This document shows positions 1 to 10,029 of a DNA stretch of 64,000 bases, one piece after another. The DNA comes from Nitrospirota bacterium. GTDB lineage: Bacteria > Nitrospirota > UBA9217. A program made the position numbers and the translations under genes. Positions within the stretch are counted from its first letter, which is position 1. Every line of letters begins with the position of its first letter. Below the pieces are notes generated by a model. That model saw only the letters and a list, made by a program, of their open reading frames with translations, ran no database searches and had not been told where the DNA came from. The stretch covers positions 32,001 to 96,000 of the forward strand of contig CAVWHO010000011.1 of NCBI GenBank assembly GCA_963754875.1. Direction: 5' to 3'.

Positions 1-1138
1 CTGCGTAGCTGTCACTCCCTGACGGGCATTTTCCCAGTTCTTCCATGCGGTCGACAAATCCACGTGGAGACCATTGAGGCGGTCCCTTTTTCGTTCGATC
101 GACTGAAGGTATCGGGAGTCGGCTGCTGCGGTCCGGGCCTTCGTCAACCCGCCCTCAAAAAAGGGGAACTCTAAAAAAATCCCGGCCATCCATTCGCCCC
201 TGGTGCCTCCCGTGTCCTGGTAGCGCGTCCCCATATTCCCCTGGAGGCTGACTTCCGGGAAATAGCCGCCGTCGGCGGCCCTGGCGAAGGCACGGCTTTG
301 TTCAACCTCCAGATCGAGCCGCCTGATTTCCGGATTGTTTTTCAGAGTCTCCTGCCACAACGAGTCAATCCCGGGAGCCGGCATGAATTCCTCGGGCAGC
401 CCTTCACGAATGTCCACTGTCGCCTGCTCTTTCAGACCCATGATCCGGGCCAGGATTTCGCCTGCCAGAGAGACGGCGTTTTCAGCTTCCGTTCTGGCCA
501 GTTCCGTGTCCGATACCTGCGATTGTGCCCTGAGACAGTCTAGTCTGGTCACCTTACCGGCCTTGAAAAAGGCTTCGGTAAGAACGGCAAAATCCTGCCT
601 TTGTTTCAAAGCCGCCATAGCCGCCTTGAGGTCCTCTTTAGCCTCTACAAGACGGTAGAAAGCTTCGGCTACGGCGTACGTCACTTCGTCGGCAGTCCTC
701 AGTTCCTCCTGCCTCTGCGCGTCCGCGCCGATTCTTGCGGCTTGCGTGTCGTATTGTGTTTTCCCTCCGTTGAAGAGGACCTGTTTGCCGGTAACGCTTA
801 CCAGCCCTTCCTCTTTGAATAATGCCATATCCGGATTGCCCCCTCCAGGCGACAACCGGTCTGGGTTTGCTCTTTCGTAGTGGGAGACCAGGGAAAGCTT
901 CGGGAAATATTCTGATCGAGCAGCCTGATAATCCGCGAGCAATTCTCGGACTTTTTCCGCGGCGCCGCTCAGGAGCGGGCTGTTTTCCCGTGCGAGTGCA
1001 AGACAATCTTCGAGGCTAAGCGACTGATATGCGCCGTCTCTGGCCGTTTCAGCCTGGGCATTCGCCCATGGTGTGAACAGGAGCAATACGCAGAGAACAA
1101 GGAATTGCAGGCACGTTCCGGGGCTGTCTTCTGTGCAT
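1..1138 (-). CDS. TolC-family outer membrane efflux protein (3'-partial, frameshifted near 1120 and 840)
   Basis: Manual translation: signal peptide, LSLEDCLALARENSP, YFPKLSL, QVLFNGG, VAEAFYRLV, AFFKAGKVTRLDCLRAQSQ, all typical OEP motifs; runs off the window edge. Confidence 0.8.
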
Positions 1139-1178
1139 TTCGACCAGGGAAATTCGCGCTGCGACTGTCCAAGGTCAG

Positions 1179-1661
1179 TCAGTTTTTCGATGGTAGACAT
1201 CCCACCTGCCTCCCGCTTTTCATCGTCTGTTCTATCAGATCGAGGAACTTCTGCTGCTGGTTCGAGTCGAGAGACTCCTTTATCTCCAATATGTGGCCGA
1301 CAATCATCCGCTGCATCTCTTCCTGTTTTTCGCTTATCTCCTTGATCGTGGCATCAATCGCCTTTTTATCGGGTTTTTGATAACGCATGAGCGCCACTAA
1401 CTCCTTTCTTTTTGCGTCTATCTCCTGCCTGCGTTTATCTATCTCCGCACGAAAAAGCATTGCTTCTTTTTTCATTACCACCATTTGTTCGGGCTTCAGC
1501 GACAACTCTTCAAATAAAAACCTGTCTTTCTCCATGACCCCGCCGAAGGGAGACACCCATAGACGGGACTGCGCGTAATACCGGTATCCGGCGGTCGCGA
1601 ATATCGTCAGGTTCAGGATTAAGGAAACGGCCAGGGTGAACTTGAGGAGGTTATTTTTCAT
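1179..1661 (-). CDS. Periplasmic heavy-metal sensor (Spy/CpxP/ZraP-like)
   Basis: N-terminal TM (SLILNL), helical ELSLKPEQ...LDSNQQQKF pattern; follows the anti-sigma gene. Confidence 0.75.
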   Translation of the reverse strand: MKNNLLKFTLAVSLILNLTIFATAGYRYYAQSRLWVSPFGGVMEKDRFLFEELSLKPEQMVVMKKEAMLFRAEIDKRRQEIDAKRKELVALMRYQKPDKKAIDATIKEISEKQEEMQRMIVGHILEIKESLDSNQQQKFLDLIEQTMKSGRQVGCLPSKN

Positions 1662-2103
1662 TGCTGGCCTCCGTCATGGCTAGATACGCGCTGCCCAGGG
1701 ATCCGGGAGGAACCGGATCGAACAGATCGAGGGAAAGCGATGATGCAAGGTTCGCTGTATTCACGGTTGAATGGCCGTTCGTCATGACCTTCCCTGCAAG
1801 AATGCCCACGGTGATGACAAAGAGCAAGACAGCCACCTCCGCGGATCTGATGAAAAACGGAACAAACCATGGCGATTTCTTCCTCTCCAGCGATGCGGTC
1901 CGCGCCATGACCCTTGCGGCGAATCCGTAGGGGGCATGATGGCGCTCCGCTTTTGCAAACGCAGCTCGCAGTGAGCGCAGCTCCTCAAGCGTTTGCGAGC
2001 AGATGTCGCAGCCTTGCAAATGGCTTTCAAACGCGGCCTTTTCACGAAACCCCGGTTCTTTATCAAGGTATGCCGAGATAAATTTTGACTTTGGACAACT
2101 CAT
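1651..2103 (-). CDS. Anti-sigma factor, zf-HC2 type with one TM helix
   Basis: C...SAYLD...HLQGCDIC (HxxxCxxC) motif, TM segment; AGGTG RBS at 2110-2114. Confidence 0.85.
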   Translation of the reverse strand: MSCPKSKFISAYLDKEPGFREKAAFESHLQGCDICSQTLEELRSLRAAFAKAERHHAPYGFAARVMARTASLERKKSPWFVPFFIRSAEVAVLLFVITVGILAGKVMTNGHSTVNTANLASSLSLDLFDPVPPGSLGSAYLAMTEASNEK

Positions 2104-2117
2104 TTTTATCACCTATC

Positions 2118-3525
2118 TGTCAAATGTCAGGACATCGGTTACCCGTTTCTAATGGTCCGAAATGTCAAGACATCGGTTACCCAAGGCTGGTAACGGAGTC
2201 CTCAGGTAGTAAGTCTTCAGGCAATCGGTACTCGAAAGTATCGACAGTGTCGTTCCCGAGGTAGAGCTGCACTGAATGGATTTTCGTCACAATTTGTGCC
2301 CTTACGTAAGAGTATACGAGGTCTTTTGATACCTCGAAGCGTTCACCGAAGATGTCGAGTTTCCGATCACTTCGAATGAACCGAATGACAGAAATACATC
2401 CATCCGGAATGAAGCTGAGGTCAGGCATCTTGGTATTCGATCCTACTGTTACCGGCGTAAAATTGTAGGCGGCCTGCCTCATCTCAAAAGGGGTTTTTCC
2501 CTTAAGGAAGCTGTAACGGTGATACTTGTTGTGAAACCGCTGGAAATTCTTGCTCTGCCGCTTCAGAACGGTATAGCTTGAAAACCATTGTCTGTGGTAG
2601 AACTTTTTGTCGTAGGTGTTGTTAAAATGCTCAACGACGCCGTTGCGCCACGGTTCGGCAATCGGGATAAAGACCGGATGGACACCATAGGCCAAGCAAA
2701 GCCGTATGACCATTCCGAAAGATCGGGGGTAACGATTGCTGCCGCGGAAGTTCAGCGCATTGTCCATCTGGAGATAATCAGGAATCCCCATGGTCTTCCA
2801 GCAGCGTAAAAGCCCATGGCAGACGTGGGAATCCTCCTTTGTTCTTTGAGCCTCTATGTATACTTCACGGTCGAACAGATCGATAACGTTCATCGAATAG
2901 AATCTGCCGTCTCCTTTAATGTAACGCGGTCCTACCAGATCCATCTGGTGAATGTTGTTGCTGCACAGAGCTTCGATGAAGTAAGGGTATTCGACCCCTT
3001 TCGGTACATAGGCTGTTTTTTTTTACGAGCCCTTCGCGCTTCAGCACTCGGTTAATTGTACTATCCGAAGGGAACGGTAAATCCTGCTTCTTGAGTTCCC
3101 ACTTGATGGCCGAGACACCGATCTGGGAATAGGGAGCAGCTACCAACTGTTGTCTGGTCGAAAGGATGCGCTCTTTTTCTTCCTGGTCGATCTCTGAGGG
3201 CCTTGTTTTGGGAGCCCGGGATTGTTCTTTGTACCAGTCTGGTGCTCCGGTCTGATAGCGGTTCAGCCATTTGAAGAACCACTTTTTGGATCGGTTCAAG
3301 CTGGTATAGACATCCTTGGGTGATTCACCTCCTTGGATGTGTCTATTAATTGCGGTTTGTCTTAGTTCTTCTTCCATCAGTGCTCTCCTTTGACGATCTC
3401 GGATAAGGAGAGCATGATAGCATTAAATGCAGACTAGGACACCGATGTCCTGATGTAAAAAAAATGACGTTTCGGGTAACCGATGTCTTGACACATCTGG
3501 GTAACCGATGTCCTGAAACTTGTCA
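2118..3525 (-). mobile_element. IS481-family insertion sequence, 1408 bp, 6-bp target duplication CCTATC (2112-2117 and 3526-3531)
   Basis: Terminal IRs TGTCAAATGTCAGGACATCGGTTACCC / GGGTAACCGATGTCCTGAAACTTGTCA; extra internal copies at 2160-2182, 3441-3453, 3474-3493; HTH + rve transposase inside. Confidence 0.9.
2177..3377 (-). CDS. IS481-like DDE transposase split into HTH ORF (2916-3377) and integrase-core ORF (2177-2944) at an A9 run
   Basis: KWLNRY HTH; DDE motifs QMDLVG, QMDNAL, NGVVEHFN; frames join if one A is removed from GTAAAAAAAAAC (T-run 3016-3024). Confidence 0.85.
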
Positions 3526-3545
3526 CCTATCTATTAAACGATCTA

Positions 3546-4124
3546 CTATGGATTTTGTTCCCTGAATTTTTTCATTAATTTTCGCAGCTCCTCCCGCGCT
3601 CGCGCTATGCGAGATTTGACCGTTCCTATTGAAATATCGAGAGTATCCGCGATTCCCTCGTAGGACATCTCCTCAATTTCCTTGAGGATGATGATTGCCC
3701 GCAATTTCGGCGACAATTTCCCAAGACTTTCCTGCAATGCCTGGTCTATCTGCTTTGACTGGTATAGTTGCTCCGGAGATGGCGCATCCGAAGCCCGGTC
3801 ATGGACAAGCCTTTCCCCTTCCTCTGAACCGCCGAAAAGGGATTCAAAGATCGGCTTTTTCTTATAATCAATGCAGGTGTTGGTTGCGATGCGGTAGAGC
3901 CAGGTATAGAGCGATGCTTCGGGCTGGAATTTGGTCAGGGCCTGGTAGGCTTTCAAGAACACATTCTGCGCGGCGTCCTCTGCATCTTCGGCGTTCCCAA
4001 GCATATGACGGCAGAGGTTGTATATCTTGTCCTGGTATTTGAGGACGATATGTCCGAATGCAGATGTATTTCCTTTTTTAAAGCTATCTATAAGATTGAG
4101 ATCATCAGCGTTTTGCACGGTCAA
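3546..4124 (-). CDS. ECF RNA polymerase sigma-70 factor
   Basis: DAEDAAQNVFLKAY, TWLYRIATN, GTVKSRIARAR motifs. Confidence 0.95.
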   Translation of the reverse strand: MTVQNADDLNLIDSFKKGNTSAFGHIVLKYQDKIYNLCRHMLGNAEDAEDAAQNVFLKAYQALTKFQPEASLYTWLYRIATNTCIDYKKKPIFESLFGGSEEGERLVHDRASDAPSPEQLYQSKQIDQALQESLGKLSPKLRAIIILKEIEEMSYEGIADTLDISIGTVKSRIARAREELRKLMKKFREQNP

Positions 4125-4485
4125 TATGATACATGACTATCATAAAATATTCCATAAGAGACTGTTTTAACATACTGGGGCGGGTATTTCGGGATGAAGA
4201 TTTTAACGAATTCGGAATGAGTCTTTATGAGTTTCAGGAAGCGGCAACCACAACACCTTCAGGATCAGGTAATGCACCTTGACTGGTCAGCTATTATGTA
4301 CAAGCTTCAGGAAAGCTATTGTCTGCACGTTTCAACCGGATTAATTCTTCACTTCTGTTTGGTCGGAGCCCCATGCGGAGCACACATACAAACACGGGTC
4401 GCGATGGGTTGCAACTCGAGCGAATTCGGTTGTAATATTCACATACTACATTGCCCCAGAAGGACATCCCTTAGCCGAATCCGTT

Positions 4486-5985
4486 TTACTCTATTTTGAA
4501 AAGCACTGCCCCATCGTCGCGGTATACTTCCCGAAAGGGCGCGGCGCGGAGTTCAGGATAGCGATCCACGCGATTCGCCCGAAGAATGAGCCAGTGAGCT
4601 TGAAGCATGTCCGCCAACGCACGGCCGTCCAGGCGGGTCAGATGGCGCCTGAAGTTTTCAAGCTGGACCGCCTTGTTTCGGTCGTAGCGGATCGTGTAGG
4701 TGGGATCGAGGCCCCAGATGTACCGCTGCCGCGGCGCGGCATAAAACAAGTCCGGGAAATCGTCCCAGAATAGATTGATCACAGTTTCGTCCGACGCCAG
4801 ATGCGGCTCCATCCAGAGCGACGCCCCCTGAAAAAAAAGCGGCGGGGCGGCTTTGGTCTGATAATACACGTAGAATTTCATGGAGTAGACGTGAAAGGCC
4901 AGGAGCATGCCGATTGCTACAGCAGCAATAAACCAGCGCAGACGTTTGATGATCGCGGGCAAACGCGGAACAACGTCCTGCGCTGAGAGCGTGTCCCGCG
5001 TCACGAAAGCTATCGCAATGGCCAGGAGCAGCACCGAATACTCGACGAAACGCGCCGATGCCATGGTCATTCCAAACCAACAGAGCGCCGACAGGACAAC
5101 GCCGAGCGTTTCCGGAGACAAACGCTTTCTGCGAAGCAGCACGAACAGCACGAGCAGCGGGATCAGGATCACAATCAGGGGATAGATGTTGAAAAAAACA
5201 CTCAAAGAGTAGGGATAGATTTCGTTGCCGAGTTCAAAGCCGGACTTGGCGACCCCTTGCAGCCCTATTCGGAAAATCTGCACATAGGTGAGGAACGTCT
5301 CGAGAGTCATCGGTGAATAGGGGTGCAAAGTGAGGCCCAAGATCGAGCCGATCCCCGTAGCAGCAACGGACCGATAATCCAGCCCGCCCCTTCCAAGCCA
5401 CTGCCCCACAGCGAATGATGCGGCGGTGATAAACAAGACAAAGGGGACCGTGTAGCTCCAAGCAAACACAAACCCCAACACGAACAAGGCCCTCCATCGT
5501 CGATGCAGCAGGAAGTGAATGCCGAACATGAGCAGCAGCATGCTCAGCACATGAGACCGGATCATGCCTAGCCGTGCGATGAACAACCCACCCATGCCGA
5601 GAGGCAATGCGCTAAAGAATAGGGGCCAACGGACCTTGTTCGCGTGAAGCACCCAGAAGAGCGCTCCAATGACCGCCACCGAGAGGAGCGTGGCAAAAAT
5701 CCGTGCGCCGAGGATCGGCTCGCTGCCGAGCTGGGCGAACGGCATCATCGCAAGGTGATACAGAAACTCCTTGTCGCAGTAGTGGTCTTTCCAGGTGCTG
5801 AGCTGCGTCCAGGGAAAGCTTTGAGAAATCAACCTCCCCGGCATCAGCTGGGCGAGACGCGCATGATAATAACCGTCTCGCTCGAACAGGCCGTTTTGAA
5901 ACAGGGCTGTCGCTGCATATAAACAAAATACGTAAACGAAAAACAGCACCCTTACTAGAGGTTCTGCTACCGAGACTTTCTTCAT
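4486..5985 (-). CDS. Multi-pass membrane protein, probable GT-C/STT3-like glycosyltransferase
   Basis: About 11-13 TM segments, early DGYYH loop motif, C-terminal soluble domain with FWDDFP and GLDP. Confidence 0.55.
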   Translation of the reverse strand: MKKVSVAEPLVRVLFFVYVFCLYAATALFQNGLFERDGYYHARLAQLMPGRLISQSFPWTQLSTWKDHYCDKEFLYHLAMMPFAQLGSEPILGARIFATLLSVAVIGALFWVLHANKVRWPLFFSALPLGMGGLFIARLGMIRSHVLSMLLLMFGIHFLLHRRWRALFVLGFVFAWSYTVPFVLFITAASFAVGQWLGRGGLDYRSVAATGIGSILGLTLHPYSPMTLETFLTYVQIFRIGLQGVAKSGFELGNEIYPYSLSVFFNIYPLIVILIPLLVLFVLLRRKRLSPETLGVVLSALCWFGMTMASARFVEYSVLLLAIAIAFVTRDTLSAQDVVPRLPAIIKRLRWFIAAVAIGMLLAFHVYSMKFYVYYQTKAAPPLFFQGASLWMEPHLASDETVINLFWDDFPDLFYAAPRQRYIWGLDPTYTIRYDRNKAVQLENFRRHLTRLDGRALADMLQAHWLILRANRVDRYPELRAAPFREVYRDDGAVLFKIE

Positions 5986-6750
5986 ACGCCATTCAATGTA
6001 GTACGACGTGGTTTTAGAGATTACGGCCGTTGTAAAAGTAGCCCGCTAAAGGTAGACGATTTTCTCGCTGGAAAGTATTATAGAAACCTCATATAACCGA
6101 GTTACGATAATAACCACTCTTATGCCATATAACGTATCCTCATTCACCTGGCCTCACAGAGAAACCCTGACTTTGTAAGGATGCGTAGCGGCAGATATCC
6201 CCTCCGTATATTGAGATAAGGGGAATGGCCATGGCCTGTGCGTATTTGGCAGTCACGGAGATGTTATCTCCTGGGATTGAATCAGCTTAGCTATAAAACT
6301 TGCCACGCCATTCATTAATATTTATGTCAAATATATATCGAATGCAATTTTATGTCAACGTCAAATGGGTATTTTACGGGTATAACGTTAACGAATATTA
6401 ATATTCCAATCGGAATCTTTCATTGGAAGGACCACGGACAACAGCCGATATCACTCCACTCATACAGCATTGGAGGAATACATCGGATGTGCTGGAAGGC
6501 ATGATCAATTCATATCTCGTGTCCGCTTACTTATAAACGGGGGCTTTAAATGGAGCAGCAAGTTTGACGATCCGAACCTCTTTGCATACTATCGTGGTAC
6601 CTTATGCAGGCTCTGGATTTCCGAATCAAGTGAAACGAGGTATAATAATATCACTGTCACCTGCTGAGATCAGATGAGGTGACCCTTCTTGCTCCCGCGT
6701 ACGGAGGATCAGAGAAGGAAAAGATGTGGCGAAAAGGAGGTCAGGAAATC

Positions 6751-7314
6751 ATGAATGCTCACGCTAGGCTAAGAACTCTTGTCGCGCTGCTCTTGAGCAT
6801 GGTGATATTTTTCATCGCTGTTCCTGTTGCGACCGCGTTGACAAGAGCTGAAATTGATGTCGGAGTCACAGCGACTCTGTCCCGATTCAAGAAGGATATC
6901 AAGGGAGGCTCCGAATATCTGAAGGCAGCGAAGGGTGTGCTGGTCATGCCACACATCACCAAAGCCGGCTTCATTGTCGCCGGGCAGTATGGCCAGGGTT
7001 CTCTTCAAGTCGGCGGCAAGCCCGTCCGGTACTACAGCCTCGTATCGGGCTCACTGGGATATCAGATCGGCGCCGAGCAGTATGACATGGTCATTGTGTT
7101 TATGACCGACGATGCCCTAAATAAATTCCGCAAAAGTGAGGGCTGGGAGGCGGGGGTGGACGCCGAAGTAACGTTTGTTAAAGTTGGGGCCGACGCTTCC
7201 GTCGAGACCCTCAGGAGCCAGAATCCTATCGCCGGGTTTGTCTTCGATCAGAAGGGTTTGATGGCAGGAGTCTCTTTCAAAGGCGCCAAGTTTACACCGA
7301 TTCATCCGGAGTAA
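6751..7314 (+). CDS. YSC84/SYLF lipid-binding domain secreted protein
   Basis: Signal peptide; AKGVLVMP, GGSLGYQIGAE-like, FDQKGLMAGVSFKGAKF motifs; AGGAGG RBS. Confidence 0.85.
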   Translation: MNAHARLRTLVALLLSMVIFFIAVPVATALTRAEIDVGVTATLSRFKKDIKGGSEYLKAAKGVLVMPHITKAGFIVAGQYGQGSLQVGGKPVRYYSLVSGSLGYQIGAEQYDMVIVFMTDDALNKFRKSEGWEAGVDAEVTFVKVGADASVETLRSQNPIAGFVFDQKGLMAGVSFKGAKFTPIHPE

Positions 7315-7456
7315 GACGCTTTTAAGGAAAGTATCTCCGCCATGTGCTGCGCCCGTTCCCTCGGTACAGGGAAATCATAGGACGCAGCACTTCAGAACGT
7401 GCGCCAAAGAGACGTTCATGACGTGTTGAGAATGTGGGAGAGATCAAGGAGGTTGT

Positions 7457-7951
7457 ATGACGAAAAAATCATTATTGATTGCTTTCGGAGGAGGAGCCAT
7501 GTATCTGATGTTCGGTCTCTTTACTCCGGCAGCAAGTTATGCCGAGGTGAACGTCAATATCAACATCCCCCTGCCCGGGCTGGTCATTCCGGCACCGCCG
7601 GCCCTGGTCGTGATCCCCGGCACTTATGTGTACTATCCGCCTGACGTCCAGGTGGACATTTTTTTCTATCACGGATACTGGTATCGCCCACATAGGGGAG
7701 GGTGGTATATCTCTACGGGTTATAACGGTCCCTGGCGCGCTGTCGGGCCCGGCCGGGTGCCTCGCGCCCTGATCAGAGTGCCGCCCACCTACCGCCGCAT
7801 TCCTCCTGGACATGAGCGTATGCCTCACGACATGGTCCAGAGAAACTGGCGGACTTGGGAGAAGGAACGCCATTGGGACAAGCCCAGAGGCGAGAATGGC
7901 GGGCCGGGACGCGGAAGAGGTCACGGCAGGGGAAGACACGATAACGATTAG
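7457..7951 (+). CDS. Secreted Pro/Trp/Arg-rich hypothetical protein
   Basis: Signal peptide, VNVNINIP, FFYHGYWYR..GWY..YNGPW; AGGAGG RBS. Confidence 0.75.
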   Translation: MTKKSLLIAFGGGAMYLMFGLFTPAASYAEVNVNINIPLPGLVIPAPPALVVIPGTYVYYPPDVQVDIFFYHGYWYRPHRGGWYISTGYNGPWRAVGPGRVPRALIRVPPTYRRIPPGHERMPHDMVQRNWRTWEKERHWDKPRGENGGPGRGRGHGRGRHDND

Positions 7952-7970
7952 CCTTATGATCAGTTGTTTC

Positions 7971-8001
7971 AGGGCCGCCGGCACAAGGCGGCCCTTCTTT
8001 T
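7971..8001 (+). terminator. Rho-independent terminator
   Basis: AGGGCCGCC-N7-GGCGGCCCT followed by TCTTTT. Confidence 0.75.
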
Positions 8002-8009
8002 ATGTCTTA

Positions 8010-8107
8010 TGCCAACACCGCCAGTAAAGTTGAACGCATCAGCGGGGAGAAGATGAGCCTGGACGAACTGCAGTGGTTGCGGGCCGCGCTCCAGTGCATG
8101 GTTACCC
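8010..8107 (-). other. Degenerate attC-like integron recombination site
   Basis: Minus strand GGGTAACCATGCACTGGAGCG...CCGCTGATGCG...GTTGGCA resembles R''/L''...L'/R' boxes. Confidence 0.4.
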
Positions 8108-8313
8108 CTATACCAGCGCCGTCTTCGAGCTTTTCTTCGGATTTCAGAATCGTTCCGTCTGCAATCGGCCACGTCGTGCTTTCTATGGACCGATAGATAA
8201 CTCTTCCACCGCAATAAAGTAATAAGACTCCTGCAAGTATGATTGGATTACATAAAAGTCTTTATTTTTAAGGGCCAAAGTTTTGGATTCGGCATCTGAT
8301 CAGTTTGATCCAT
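8105..8313 (-). pseudogene. Truncated, frameshifted membrane protein fragment (DUF3592-like N-terminus)
   Basis: AGGAG RBS + ATG at 8313; after a frameshift reads IILAGVLLLYCGGRVIYRSIESTTWPIADGTILKS. Confidence 0.4.
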
Positions 8314-8350
8314 GCAATCTCCTCGCGAACGTATCCGTATCCTTTGCAAT

Positions 8351-8647
8351 TTACTTTTTATCAGGCGTGCATAACTCGTTGCACCGCTGCTTCGCATAGT
8401 CCCAAGCGGAAAACGTGACCTTCTCCGCGCCCTCGCCCACAATAAAAGGGTCCTCGCCAGACGACACATAGCTATCGTAGAGTTGTTTCGGGGTCATGCC
8501 AGGACGACAAGCAGCACGCAGACATTCGTCCACAATTCGTTGAGCAGCCTCGATTGCAGCCTCCTTCGTGGGAAATGATCCCAGCTCGGTGCGCTCGTCT
8601 TCATCCATAAAGTGGTAATTGTCGTCAACTAAGACCCGGAAGGTCAT
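8351..8647 (-). CDS. Small hypothetical protein (cassette-like)
   Basis: 98-aa ORF with globular composition (VDDNYHFMDEDER...GEDPFI). Confidence 0.7.
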   Translation of the reverse strand: MTFRVLVDDNYHFMDEDERTELGSFPTKEAAIEAAQRIVDECLRAACRPGMTPKQLYDSYVSSGEDPFIVGEGAEKVTFSAWDYAKQRCNELCTPDKK

Positions 8648-8707
8648 TTAAGGCGCCTCACAGCAATGACGAATAACCGAACAACGATATGAGCACTATC
8701 AAATCAT

Positions 8708-8941
8708 TTAGCGAAGTCGTTGCATCGCTAAATGGTATTTTTCAAGCCGCTGATGATATTTTTCGGTAGGCTCTACTATTCGAGATGGATCAGAATTGTC
8801 CTCCAGATTAGCCAGCTTTACGCGCCGACCAATAGTTTTTTTGCCGGCCCGATCCTGGATGACCTCGTCTTGTGTGGCATCATCAACATCCGCATCGAAC
8901 CCCTTCCAATAGCAGTGCTTGACTTCCTCGTCTTCGATCAA
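8708..8941 (-). pseudogene. C-terminal remnant of an HD-domain phosphohydrolase
   Basis: RVKLANLEDNSDPSRI..RLEKY resembles the VKLADxxDN motif; N-terminal HD motif missing. Confidence 0.5.
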
Positions 8942-8973
8942 GGATGGAGCTTTCTATCGGCGTCACGGAGGTC

Positions 8974-9687
8974 TCAGCGGTCAAGGCTGAACTTGCGAAT
9001 ATGGCGTTTTTTTGCGCGGGCTGATGGCCCATCCTTGCCGTAACTGACCTCCAGCTCCGATTCCGACTTGAAGCGAAGGATGCTGCTGTCCATCTCAAGG
9101 TAACCGTCGGCGCAGCACCCTCCCCACTCGAACGGCTCGCCCTGGCAAATATCACTCACCAGTGCATCCGGTGGAGGTGACGGCGCACGGCCAAGTTTTT
9201 TGATCACATCGCGTTTCGTGTCAAGAACGTATAAACCGTCGGAAGAATCTATTCCTCCTATAAAAACAAGATATCTACCAGAGGGACTCGTTGCCGCGGA
9301 CAAAGCAATGTAGCCCGACCGGTCAAATGCCGATGGCTTGAATGAACTCCCGTCCTCGGCAAAATACTGAATTGAGCCCAGCGGCAGCCAGGCCCCTTTT
9401 TGGAAAATGCCGCCAATGATGTAGCAATGTGTCTTTGCGTTGTAGCCGAAACAGAACCACCGTCCATCGAACTCCGTACTCGAGAGTATTTCTCCATGAG
9501 GTTCTGAGTGCAAAACAAACTTGGTCCGGCCAATGCTCTGATCAAGACGCGGAATAGCGGGTATATTGATAAATGTGGATTGAAGGCTCGTTCGCGCGCC
9601 TTTGGCGCACTCGGCGGCGTAGCAAGTCGACGCAATCGCCGTGAAGAAAAATATGAAGGCAAGATACATTCTTAAGATCGTTGACAT
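8974..9687 (-). CDS. Secreted Cys-containing hypothetical protein (beta-propeller-like fragment)
   Basis: Signal peptide; SPSGRYLVF...LYVLDT blade-like motif. Confidence 0.7.
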   Translation of the reverse strand: MSTILRMYLAFIFFFTAIASTCYAAECAKGARTSLQSTFINIPAIPRLDQSIGRTKFVLHSEPHGEILSSTEFDGRWFCFGYNAKTHCYIIGGIFQKGAWLPLGSIQYFAEDGSSFKPSAFDRSGYIALSAATSPSGRYLVFIGGIDSSDGLYVLDTKRDVIKKLGRAPSPPPDALVSDICQGEPFEWGGCCADGYLEMDSSILRFKSESELEVSYGKDGPSARAKKRHIRKFSLDR

Positions 9688-10029
9688 CCTGGGCGGTCTC
9701 CGTAAGCCGCTAACAAGGCCCGCTTATGGCTCTCTCGATTTTATTAATTTTGCAGGGTCAGCCCAATACGTCTAATATTCGTCGCTCGGTTATTGAAAAG
9801 AAACGATTGTTTTTCGACGAACGTAGCACGACGAATATTATTGAGTCAACGTAAATTTGCAATTTGAGGAGGGTATTTTAAGACATATGCGAACAAATAT
9901 ATCTTGAAATTTTATTGATCTGACAGGATGGAAACTTCAACAGCTTCAGACCTTATGATTAAAGTGGCAAGTCCGTCTTAAGGTATATTTGTGTCAGGCA
10001 GACAAAATAGTACCGAAAGGAGACTTGCC

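Noticed and set aside
2118..3525. Repeated GACATCGGTTACCC units as a CRISPR array
   Set aside because: They are inverted, subterminal transposase-binding repeats of the IS; no regular spacers or cas genes in the window
4200..4480. Recurring TTCAGGA and GAATTCGG words upstream of the ECF sigma
   Set aside because: Irregular spacing and short length; cannot be distinguished from chance
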